From contig OZ234493.1 of NCBI GenBank assembly GCA_965153455.1, positions 18,032,213 through 18,096,212 of the forward strand: DNA of 64,000 nucleotides, read 5' to 3'. The translations under genes were made by a program, and so were the position numbers. Positions within the stretch are counted from its first letter, which is position 1; each line of letters starts with the position of its first letter. This document shows positions 12,601 to 25,011 of the stretch, piece after piece. The notes beneath the pieces were generated by a model. That model ran no database searches. It worked only from the letters and a program-made list of their open reading frames with translations, and had not been told where the DNA came from. The stretch is from Sphagnum compactum (Eukaryota).

Positions 12601-15600
12601 ATCAATAGTTATCAAGCTATAGTTTCCTCCACCATTTGAAAGTATTTTACTTATAAGGTGAAGCATAAGAAAACAAGCAAATCAATGAGCTCCATTAATT
12701 TAATCTTTTGCATATGCAGGGAATTTTAGTGCCATTTGCCTCGGCTATTTAGTTGTCAAACAACAACCATTACAAAATTGAGGATGCTAATCACTTCACA
12801 ATTTGCAAGCCACCAAACAAAGATCATCCAAGCTATTCTTTATTGTTAAAATGTTTGAAAATATGTATGGAGGTAAAAACATCAAATCTAAGTTTTTTGA
12901 TTTCATATATGTTCATATAATTTGATACACATTAGGTCATAGCATTCTTGATGTGTATTGCATGTGCAATGTCATATATATTGGTTATCAAATAAGAAAA
13001 AAACATATAAATGACCTATATTTTGTGAATTTTGACAGAAAAATATATTGCTTCCACCTTTGCCATGTCATGAAGTGGCATTGGTTGACAAAGCAAAAGA
13101 CATAAACATCTTGTTACAAAAGGAATCTATTGTTGGTTTGGTCGGAATGGGTGGGATTGGGAAGACCACTTTGTGCAAAAAATTCTATCATTTGTTCCAC
13201 AACGAATATGACAAATCTAGTTTTTTGGAGGATGTGAAATCAAAGGACGATATCAATGATGTCATAAAACGACTCCTATGTGATTTGTGTGGCCAAAGGT
13301 TATGCAAGGATGAAAATGTGAATCAAAAAGACCTTGACCAAATTAGGCAATGTATGATATCGAAGAAAGTGTTAGTGGTGGTGGATGATGTTGGTAATGG
13401 GAAAGACCTTACATCCTTGCAACTTGTCATTAATAAATGTGCCAAGAATACAACTTCTAAAAGCAAAGTACTTGTGAATTGTCGAAATTGGCAAAATCTG
13501 AAATCTCATGTAAATGAAGATGGAAAGGTCGTCATGAAATCTTTGGAGGAAGAGCACGCAAGGGAACTTTTTATGTTCCATGCATTCAGTAATGCAAATC
13601 ATGTTCCAACAAAGGATTTCAAAGATATATGTATGAAAATTATAGAAGCTTGTGGGGGGCTCCCTTTAAGTCTTAAAATATTGGGTTCTTTTTTGTGCGA
13701 TACTAAAGAATTAGAAATCTGGGAAGGTGCATTGAACAAATTGAAAAGTGGGCAAAGTTTCACCGGGGGCAATGATAATGAAGAACTTTGGAGTAAATTG
13801 AAAATTTCTTATGACTACTTGGATAAGCAACATCAAAACATGTTTTTGGATATTGCTTGTTTTTTTCATGGTTTGAAAATAAGTACAATTTGTCGAACGT
13901 GGAGTGGAAATTATTTACACTCAAAATTTGAATTACGAAATTTACAACATAGATCTTTGATCCAATGGGCAGAAGGTGGAATCTTGTACATACATGAACA
14001 ATTACATGGGTCAAAATATTACAATGGAACTTCCAATTATGAATCGTTTTATATGGAAATCAAATAAACCAAATTTTTTTTTACAAAAGGATGAGGTTGT
14101 CACCATACTATTTCAATCTTTTAATTTTACTTTGATTTTTTTAATTTATTTTTTACTATGTCCAAAATAAAATGTTTTACCTTTTAGTTTTGATTTTATA
14201 AATACATTTTTTTCTAAAAAAACATTGGCACTAGGATGAAATGTTATTTTATATTGATAATCCTTTTGTTTTCATCTCATGTGATAGGTGGTGGAAAATC
14301 TAGAAGGCATTTCATTAAAACAATGTGACAATTTGCCTACATTGTCCCAAATTGGCTCAAAGGGATTTCACAAACTTAGGTTGGTTGACCTAACAGAAGC
14401 CTCCCCAACTATTGTGAATTTTTTCATCCAAGGGCGAAAGTTGAATAATGTTAAATGGTTGTGCTTCAAGAAATGCATGATTCAAACGTTGCCAAGTAAT
14501 TTGTTTTATTGTTTACAATTAAAAGTACTTGATTTGACAAAATGCCTAAATTTAGAAAAAATACCTTCATATATTGGCCAATTGAATGCACTCCAAGAGC
14601 TTGATTTAAATGGGTGTTCCAAGTTGAAAGAACTACCTTCATCTATTGGCCAATTGAATGCATTCCAAGAGCTCGATTTGAATGGGTGTTCCAACTTGAA
14701 AGAACTACCTTCATCTATTGGCCAACTGAATGCACTCCAAAAGCTTAATTTGAATTGGTGTTCCAACTTGAAAGAACTACCTTCATCTATTAGCCAATTG
14801 AATGCACTCCAAGAGCTTGTTTTGAGTGGGTCTTCCAACTTGAGAAAACTACCTTCATCTATTGGCCAATTGAATGCACTCCAAGAACTTCATTTGAGTG
14901 AATGTTCCAACTTGAGAGAACTACCTTCATCTATTGGCCAATTGAATGCACTCCAAATGCTTAATTTATATTGGTGTTCCAACTTGAAAGAACTACCTTC
15001 ATCTATTGGCCAATTGAATGCACTCCAAAAGCTTCATTTGGATTTGTGTCACAAGTTGAGAGAACTACCTTCATCTATTAGCGAATTGAATGCACTCCAA
15101 AAACTTGATTTGAATGGGTGTTCCAACTTGAAAGAACTACCTTCATCTATTGGCCAATTGAATGCACTCCAAGAGCTTAATTTGAACGGGTGTTGCAACT
15201 TGCAAGAATTACCTTCATCTATTGGCCAATTGAATGCACTCCAAAAGCTTAATTTGAATGGGTGTTACAACTTGAAAGAACTACCTTCATCTATTGGCCA
15301 ATTAAATGCACTCCAAAAGCTTAGTTTGAGTGCGTGTTTCAACTGGAAAAAACTACCTTCATCTATTGGCCAATTGAATGCACTCCAAGAACTCGATTTG
15401 AATGGGTGTTCCAACTTGAAAGAACTACCTTCATCTATTGGCCAATTGAATGCACTCCAAGAGCTCGATTTGAGTTTATGTTCCAACTTGAAAGAACTAC
15501 CTTCATCTATTGGCCAATTGAATGCACTCCAAAAGCTTAATTTGAATTGGTGTTCCAACTTGAAAGAACTACCTTCATCTATTGGCCAATTGAATGCACT

Positions 15601-16611
15601 CCAAGAGCTTGGTTTGAGTGGGTGTTCCAACTTGAAAGAACTACCTTCATTTATTGGCCAATTGAATGCACTCCAAAAGCTTGGTTTGAATGATTCGTCT
15701 AACTTGGAAGAACTACCTTCATCTATTGGGCACTTAAATGCATTCCAAAAGCTTAATTTGAATGGGTGTTACAACTTGAAAGAATTACCTTCATCTATTG
15801 GCCAATTGAATGCACTCCAAGAGCTTGATTTGAATAAGTGTTCCAACTTGAAAGAACTACCTTATCAATTGGTCAATTGAATGCACTCCAAAAGCTTAAT
15901 TTGAATGGGTGTTGCAACTTGAAAGAACTACCTTCATCTATTGGCCAATTGAATGCACTCCGAAAGCTTGGTTTGAGTGAATGTTCCAACTTGAGACAAC
16001 TACCTTCATCTATTGGCCAATTGAATGCACTCCAAGAGCTTGTTTTGAGTGGGTGTTCCAACTTGAAAGAAGTACCTTCATCTATTGGCCAATTGAATGC
16101 ACTCCAAAAGCTTGGTTTAAGTGACTGTTCTAACTTGAAAGAACTACCTTCATCAATTGGTCAATTGAATGCACTCCAAAAGCTTAATTTGAATGGGTGT
16201 TGCAACTTGAAAGAACTACCTTCATCTATTGGCCAATTGAATGAACTCCAAGAGCTTGATTTGAGTTTATGTTCCAATTTGAGAGAACTACCTTCATCTA
16301 TTGGCCAATTGAATGCACTCCAAAAGCTTAATTTGAATTGGTGTTCCAACTTGAAAGAACTACCTTCATCTATGGGCCAATTGAATGCACTCCAAAAGCT
16401 TAATTTGAACGGGTGTTGCAACTTGCAAGAATTACCTTCATCTATTGGCCAATTGAATGCACTCCAAAAGCTTAATTTGAATGGGTGTTACAATTTGCAA
16501 GAATTACCTTCATCTATTGGCCAATTGAATGCATTCCAAGAGCTTGTTTTGAGTGGGTCTTCCAACTTGAGAGAACTACCTTCATTTATTGGCCAATTGA
16601 ATACACTCTAG
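9692..16611 (+). pseudogene. Alpha/beta-hydrolase-NB-ARC-LRR immune receptor (Hyd-NLR), disrupted
   Basis: Phase-consistent GT-AG exons 9692-9847, 10843-11141, 11870-12278, 12720-12872, 13039-14095 and 14288-16611. Hydrolase motifs VIFFHG, WPEKWLPEDL, RILSLSYDS, AYSFGG, GVPHAG and DANHFTICKP. NB-ARC motifs GMGGIGKT, VLVVVDDV, CGGLPL, FLDIACFF and MHD-like IHE. Lesions: TGA 11137-11139, TAG 12750-12752, frameshift ~14005, 1-nt deletion ~15863, TAG 16609-16611. Confidence 0.92.
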
Positions 16612-17185
16612 GCTTTTATTTATAAGACTTCTTCAACTTGAAAGCATCTTGAGAAAAATGCATTCATCTATGGGCAAATTGAATGCACTCAAAGTGCTTC
16701 ATTTGTCGAGGCATTCCAACTTGAAATAACTATTTTCATCTATTGGCCAATTGAATACATTTGAAAAAGCTTCATTTGTCAAAGCAATCCAACTTGAAAC
16801 AACTACTTTCATCTACTAGCCAATTGAGTACAATCCAAAAGCTTCATTTGTCAAGGTGTTCCAACTTGAAATAATTATTTTCATCCACTAGCTAATTGCG
16901 TACATTCTAAAAGCTTCATTTGTCAAAATGTTCCAACTTGAAAAAAAAAAATTTCATCTATTGGTCATTGAGTGCACTTGAAAATCTTGATTTGTGTGAA
17001 TGCTACAATTTGCAGGAATTACTTACATGTACATTGACCAATTAAATGCACTCCAAAAGTTTTAATTCTGAGAATGGACGAGGTTGCAGGAATTACTTAT
17101 GTTTATTGGCCAATTTAATGCATTCAAGGAACTTAATTTGTTAAAGCGTTTCAAGTTGAGAGAATCACCTTCATCTATTGCCAAC
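14561..17185 (+). repeat. 72-bp tandem LRR-coding array: 28 complete near-identical units, a partial unit and ~8 degenerate units
   Basis: Unit LPSSIGQLNALQ[EK]LxLxxCxNL[KRQ]E. The DNA scaffold CTACCTTCATCTATTGGCCAATTGAATGCACTCCAA is almost invariant. Decayed copies continue past the stop at 16611. Confidence 0.95.
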
Positions 17186-18123
17186 TCAATCATTTGTAAA
17201 AAACCTCTTTTTTTCAACCAACCCACCTTCCACTTGACATCATCTTTGACTATGTTTCAATTGTAATTTTTTGAATATTTTAAACAATTATTCACAATTG
17301 GCAAGTAAATTGAACTGTCTATTCTTTTGGTGGACAAATGAAGGCAAATCCCAATTATTTCAAAATTCTTGGAATATTTTTAGCACCCCCATGGTCTACA
17401 ATTGAACTCTAGTTGAAACATTGACTTGGAAAATTACATAGTTTATATCAAGCTTCTCGGGGTGGCGTGTCAACTAAGAAAGTCCCATGTTCAACTACTA
17501 TGGTCAATTACAAAACATAGTGATGGATGATAGATCACACATGGATGGATGACATTGAGATTGGGACTAATGTCTTCGTTGTAAGTGCGCAGCAAGATTG
17601 TTTCTTGACTATAACTACAAGTTGAAAGGCAAAAAACGAATGTTGGGCACTTTTACAGATTATGTCAACGCCTCAATTGCAAGTGCTACTTAGTAAAGAT
17701 GACAACAACCATTGTGCCATGTTCTACAAACATTGGTATGCATGGTTATGGTTTTAATAAACAAATATTTATTGAAGTTGTCAAAGCCAACAAAGCCACA
17801 ATGATGAAATTATGTTCCTTATCTTTGAAAGACCCCAACAAGTAGATTTTGAAAACTATCAAGTTAATTGATGATTTGTCAAAAACATTCAAATCCTAGG
17901 TTCCATGATAGATGGTGGGCAAAAATGACTTAGCTTCCAAGAAAACATTATTCACATCAGGATGTGACCTTTCACCTAGCTCCCTGTTAAAAGAAATTTG
18001 GCATTGAAAAAATATATAATAAAACTAGTTTTCTCTATACTTTAATGTTTTTTTTATAAAAATGGACAAGGATAGCTTGATGCCCAAAAATAGAAATGAC
18101 ATTTTCGTCAATAGAAGCATTGT

Positions 18124-18375
18124 CATTAGTAGAAAAAGGTTCAAATGTAACCAAATTACATGTGATTACATGCGACTAATTGTTGTTTATAACTAACACT
18201 GGTGACATTTGTGACTGAAAATCACATCACACATTTTTTGATCACATTTTATGACTATGTCACAACTATTTATAAGTTTTTCATTCTTCCAGTGGAATGA
18301 CTTTTCACATTATTTTCATTTTTGAACACCTTTATATGGCCCATTAGTTGCAAAAGTGACCAAAAAATGTAACTA
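18124..18375 (+). mobile_element. CACTA-like left terminus (degenerate, CATTAGTAGAAAA)
   Basis: Terminal motif followed by (G)CGACTA/CAACTA subterminal repeats. Visibly homologous to 23843-24085 (shared 'ccattagttgcaaa.gt.accaaa'). Confidence 0.5.
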
Positions 18376-18619
18376 ATACTTATTTATACATTAAGTTATG
18401 TACATTACTAATTTTGTATAGGGTAAGTCATGCATTTTATGTTATGGTAATTAACAACCATGTATAATAAGCCTTGTGTATACATTATGCACTCCATATT
18501 CGTAATGGCATATATATGTATTATTCTTGTGGATTAGTTAGGCATGGTTTGAAAAAACTAGTATTGTATATTAGCCTCATATTAAGGCATATGTAAAGGT
18601 GGCAATACATCAATCATCC

Positions 18620-19520
18620 ATAGGTGTAAAAAAAACAAATACAATAATTATTGTAAAATTATTGTAATTATATCAATTACCAAAAAAAGTTATAAATAAT
18701 TATAAACAATCAAATTATCTAGAACTTAAAATTTATAAAATCCTTATTTAATCTTTTTAGACTCATCATAATGTAATTCGAGTATTCAATGTAATTATCA
18801 TCATTAATTGTAAAATTAATATATCTATTATTTATAATTACTTATATACTATGAATAAGTATTCCTCCAACATAGAAAATTCACCCTAATTATTTATTTT
18901 CTTACAATGCAAAATTTTTATTTAAAAAATTATATCATATGTAATTGCACTTAGTGATAATATTGATAATTTATAATTTAAATTAACATTTATAATTCTT
19001 ATGGAAATTTTATTATAACGTGAATAATTAATGTACTCATTGTAATTAAAATAATTCAATTATAGTACATTATTGTATGTAGAACCTATAATATTTTATT
19101 GAAAATGAATTATTATTATTACAACATTCATTTTAAATTATTTTGATATTGTATAAAGTAATAAAAATAATAAAAATTACAGTAAAATGATTTTAATCAA
19201 ATTAATTACTATAAAACCATTTTATTTATAGTAACTATAAATTTATTTAATAATATTATCATAATTAATTATAGAAATTTGATGATATTTATATGTTATA
19301 AATTATAATTGATTTGGGATTTAAAAAATTTACAATAATTATATTGTAATTAGAATCATGAATGTATTAATTATAAATTATTTTATTTATAACTTTAAAT
19401 TACTCTAAAATTAATTTATAGTTAACAATTATTAGCACTACAAAATATTCACATTAATTATTCATATTTTTATAGTAATCAAAATTAATCACTACAAGTA
19501 TAATATTTTAATGAGAGTTC
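18620..19520. repeat. Extremely AT-rich low-complexity tract
   Basis: Dense AATTA/TTATAA motifs, very few G or C, no ORFs. Confidence 0.7.
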
Positions 19521-22500
19521 ATGACTATATGTTTGGTGTATATTTTTGAATTTCATCATTATGTGCATACTCTTATTCAAAATGGCAATTTTTAATTTGT
19601 AAATGTTTTTGTCACATTGCTGATTTCACCATATGTTTATGACATTTGAATATAATACAGTATGTAGAAAATAAAATGTGATGAAAAAATGAGCCACCCT
19701 ATCTTGCAACTACCCCACATATCATCTTTGTGGATTGTGATTTAATTGCAATAATTTATTGACAACCTTTTATAAATATGGTACGATCACTCCCAATAGA
19801 AACACCCAACATTTCATTTTCAAACATGTGAAACATACTTTTGAATACATTTTGTTGTCTACATGTTTATGTTATTTATTTCCATTCATTTGTGTGTTTT
19901 GTTTCAATGTCTATGGTCTTCAAGAATCCATTTTCCATTGTTCTCTTTTAGTCCTTAATCCTGATGCACATGAATCTGTCTAGTTCATTGAATCTTAATT
20001 TCCTTTTCAATATCATCCTTAAGGAATTTCTTACATACACATGGTTAAGATTAATTAGTGCACCTTCATAATTTTTGTCACAAGATATGTCAAACCACTA
20101 GCTTTTTTAGGAACCAAGGTGTTGTTTCAAGAATTTAAAATCCTTAATAACTCTTAGTACAAGACCTTACAATTTTCCAAAATACAGGAAATTTTGGAAG
20201 GAAATGAATTAAATCCTTTTGAGTTGGGAATATGAGTCTTTGATTTTGTAGGAACATTTACTACCTAATGGTTTTTAGAAAATTGGATCCATGATTTAGG
20301 ATCCTCAATTTTTCGTTAAGACATGCAATCTTGTGTTAAGAATTGGATTCTTGGGTTACAACTCCACTTTTGTTTTATGAAACCCAATCTTGCATATATT
20401 AAGCTTAATTAAGTCTTATATTTCATTTTTCAATCCTACTTCAAGAGTGTGAATCCTAGACTAACAATATTATGTCCTATATTGAGGAAAATTCATTCCA
20501 TTTTTTATCATTGTATTTGTAGGGAAAGTACGAAACATCATTGGAAATATAATAGAAAGTTTTGGCATTAAAAATGTTTCACCACTTGTCTCCAAGGTTC
20601 TACAAATACTTGACCAACATCTTGCCAAAACAAAGCACAACAATTCATGATAGAAAAGAGAATGGTAGGGTAATGTTTCATGAACTCTTACCACATTCAT
20701 CAATAGGTGAAACATTCATTCCAATTGGCATAAACACAAGAAATCATGACAAGCTCTCCAATGTTGCATGTGAATATGCTTCAACAAACTAATGATAATT
20801 CTTGAATGCTTGCACATGGAGCAATGAACACACCCATTCCAACTATTGAATCATGTGATCATTTACCAAGTCAAATCTAATTTATTGGCCCAAATGCCCC
20901 AACAATGCATATATTGGCTATATTTCATCTAAAATTTGGTGTATGATGCGTATGTGGAGTTTTTATAATAAAAGGTTTCACCTTAAAAAGTGAAGGTGCC
21001 AATATATACTACATAGGTGATGGTCATTGTTCCTTTTTAGGAATTTTTGTTTGTAAAAATGATCATCCCTAAGAAGATTTAGCCAAATTTGGCTAGAAAC
21101 CAAATATGAAGTACAAATCTTTAATCATTTTTTAATAGTTTTGACTACACATTAAACATTAAATATTAGAATGGTGATTTTTATTAAGTTTTTTATTCAC
21201 TTATGGTCTTTGAAAACCTCCAATATTTATCTATGAAAGAAAGTAGTCTATTTGATTTCTTTGTCACATTGAAATCTCCCAAACCATGGTGCGTGTTGTC
21301 ATGTTCTTGGTGTCGTTGGAAAGTTTTCAATGAATAAGGGTGTATCAAGTTGGTTTCATAATGTTTCAACTTATAGTGAAGAAGTTATTGAAAACAAAAT
21401 TTTCATTGAAAATTCATTTAAATTAAAAAAAACCATAATGGAATTTGGGCACACTCTTGGTATTGTTAGAAAACTTTCAATTCATATATAGGATTTAATG
21501 AAGGCGTTTGGATTTGCGAAAGTCCAATGGCATTTGTGAAAAATATTGAATGTTGAATAGTTTTTTTTGTTTGAAATTCAATGAAATTACCAAAAAATGG
21601 TTTTAAAAGGAAGAAATGGGTAACCAATTCACATTCAGGCCAATGACATAGGCTACATTAATACATTTGAGTTATAATTTTTCATCAATGGTCATTGTGG
21701 AAAAAACAATGGCAAAACTTCTCACAAAATCTAGGTATGAAAAATGAGACTACCTTAGGAAAGGGAATGGAACCTTGGGACTTAAAAGTAACATATTTAT
21801 ATGTTATTAAAGTTTTGCTTTCATTTTACATGTAGAAGGTGTTAGTGACATTGTAGTGAATGTAGACAACCTTTATTTTGAGGTGTGTTGTTATTATAGG
21901 TGAAGGCTCATCTAGGCTAGCCATTCATTTAAATGTTCCTCCCCTCTCCTTATTTAATATGCTTATCACAATTGGGGGGGAGGGTTCAATTACTTGATTT
22001 CTTCTTGTTCCCCTTGCGATCTGCCCTCCTTGGAATATTTTTAATTTGCCAGGATTTGGGTCCTTCCATCTTGTACCTTTTTTCCTCCTTTGTTGGGTTC
22101 TTTGTTTTATTGATAATTGATAGGTTTTCATCATTTTTGAACTATTTCACGTGATGTAATAGTCGAACTTAGACATGCAACCTATTAAAAATTTCTATAG
22201 TTTTTTATGTCATGTAATCACACATATGTTAATTTCAAGTTTCAACCTAAAAAAGATGGAACCATTATTACTATTTGCTCGAGTCTTGGAAAGCAAGGGT
22301 ATTGTGAATCCAAAGCAGAGACAAAGTTTATTGTGACATATTTATCACATCCTTTGCAGGAAAAACAAGGTTATCCAAAATCCAAAAAGATACTCAATTA
22401 TGAAATGTCATTAGTGTATGGAAAGTCACTAGGATGATCATCAATTAAGATGCAACATATAAGATCATCCATTAAAATCTAACATAATGATCATCAATTT

Positions 22501-25011
22501 GAAATCACATCAAACATTGCAAGTTAAAAACATATAAACAAATTCAATTTTGCATCAGTAACAACTAGGTATGACATGAAAAAACCTCTTTTTTCTACAT
22601 TGTAGCAAAGGGATTTGAGGCCATTGGAAAGGTTAATAACATTCTATGATTGTGACCTTTGGATGCAAAAAGATTAGCACAAGAGGGAATAGATTTGTCG
22701 ACCTTCTGTTGCACCAAAGAATCAACGGTTAAATTTTCTTATTTTCACAAAAAAAAATTCTTCATCACCATTTTCAACCTTTAGCCTTGATGGATCAACT
22801 TTTTAATCCACTTGATATATATAACATCTACCAACAATCATATAACTCCAATTTAATGACAAAACTTCAAGTAACATTGTGGGCAAGTGTGGATTTTTTG
22901 GCCCTTGAAGGCCTCTATGACAACCACTCAATGAATGCACTGCTTAATGTATTCAGCTCACAATGGGAACACTTCATTGCAAGTCATGGTTACAATGGTT
23001 GCCCGCAATAATACTCTATTGATGGTTCTAATAATAAGCAACTAATGTTATTTTCTTTTTGATAAGTTGTTTGATGAAGGTCCCTCGTGAATATCATTAT
23101 AAATCTTGACAAGATCATGGTAGATTTTGTTTTTCCCATACTTTGAAATCATTGCCATGACTAAGTAACTCAAACTTCAAACGTAATAGTTCCAATAAAT
23201 CATCCACACAAGGTCACCACCCACATTAATAAGGCATTTTCAAAAATTTGAATCCATGATTCACGGCCCATACTTCAAACGAATAAATTATTCACCTCTC
23301 TCTCTATACAAAATTTTGACAACCCAATATAAGTAGTTGATGTTTTTGGGACTTTTAGATGGCTAGGATCTTGCTCCACCTTAAAGAGCCTTGATAATAT
23401 CTAGCCTAGTTAAGAAAGGGATTTTTTTCTTGATGCCCAAGCTATGGCTACCTTTGGTGTTAGTGCTCCAAAATTGTCACCATCCTTGCATAACATGACA
23501 CACCCAACTTGAAAGCAAACCATACAAAATTTCACCCACCCACGTGAAGAAAATCTTGCACTACTACCAACATTCAACATACTTGAACAATTGTTGTTGT
23601 TGTTGATTCCAATGGTGTAGCCACTAACAAACAAATAAAAGTATTCCTCATTGCATCCTCCACATTCGATTAAAGTTTAGGGTCTTAAAACATTTTTACA
23701 TTTAGGTGACATTTGTAAATCAATGCAATTCAAATAAAATTGTAAGTTTTTATGAAATGTGAAAAGGCCCAACCAAGCTCATTATGAAATGACCCCATTT
23801 GTCAATTTCAATTCAAAAGAAATTGAAATCAATAAACACCATCACTAGAAGAAAATTGGGTTTTTGTAACCAACCAATTTGCGACTAGCTGCGACTATTT
23901 GACATTTACAACTATTGTTGGTTATATCTACAACTACTTTTTGCATTTGGTCTTGCTTGCAACTACTCTATGACTAACTTGCGACTAATGGATTTTTTCA
24001 TCCTTTCATTTGGATAGCTTTCAACACAATTTCCATAGACGCCTCTACCTACCATTAGTTGCAAATGTCACCAAATGAGTCGTAGCCCCTATGGGTATTT
24101 CAAGTGTATTATACATATCTTAGGCATAAGGGGTCCACAATTTTGTATTGAATGTATTATACTCATTTTTATGTATAATGATTGTATGTAAGTTGTATTT
24201 GGAGCATATTTGAATATGTATTGCATACATCACCTTAGTTTTTGTCTAGTTTATTTATGTTAAATTTGTTTAAAATAATATACAGATTATACCCAAGTCA
24301 TATTACATGCCTTATGTGGTTTTCCAAATTAGTGTTCCAATATATTTGCCCAGATTTATGTGTTGCAGTCTAATAGGGGAAAAAAACATATATTTCTACT
24401 CCTATAATCCAAACATTTAAGTCTTCAATCCTAAATTTTTGTGATTTTATTGGCTCAAGAAAAATGTCATGTAGTACATCAATTTGATGCTTAGAAAAAC
24501 TAAATGCATCATTCTACACATTTCTAAGTAACTTAGCAAACTCTAGCAGGCCATGTAGCACATTAGACCTGCCCACAGGCGCTCCAACTAGTTTGAATAT
24601 AACCTGAGTAGTATAGATGAAAATGAAGACTTTTAACAAAATCAGGCCTGCCAGATGCTAGATTAACAATATATTTTAACCTAAGCACATTCCCAAACGA
24701 ATGCCAACACCCACCTTCATTCTTGCATTTACCATGACATCTCTCCATCATCTCCTTCCCAATGTCCTATTCCTTCCAAAGTATCGCAACAATGTCCTCC
24801 TCCTCCTACAGTAGCTACTTTGTCTCCAAAGTAGTACGGAAACATTTCACAAGGCCAAGACTTCATTTGGAAGCAGAATTTCAGATGTCTCATTGATTAT
24901 CTTGTCAACATGAAGTTTTTCACATTCTTTTCTTCATTAGTTTCTTTAATCCTCTCTAGTTTTGCTACCATCCCTGTGGAATTCTCTAACAAATGTCGTG
25001 CTGAAACTTAC

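Noticed and set aside
11137-12752. RNA editing or readthrough rescuing the NLR stops
   Set aside because: The stops arise from different substitution types, and two frameshifts occur downstream. Ordinary pseudogenisation is simpler.
14506-16421. Antisense repeat ORFs (HPFKSSSWSAFNWPIDEGSSFKLE)n as a second gene
   Set aside because: These are a by-product of a 72-bp repeat that lacks stops in that frame. They are fragmented and have no independent gene signals.
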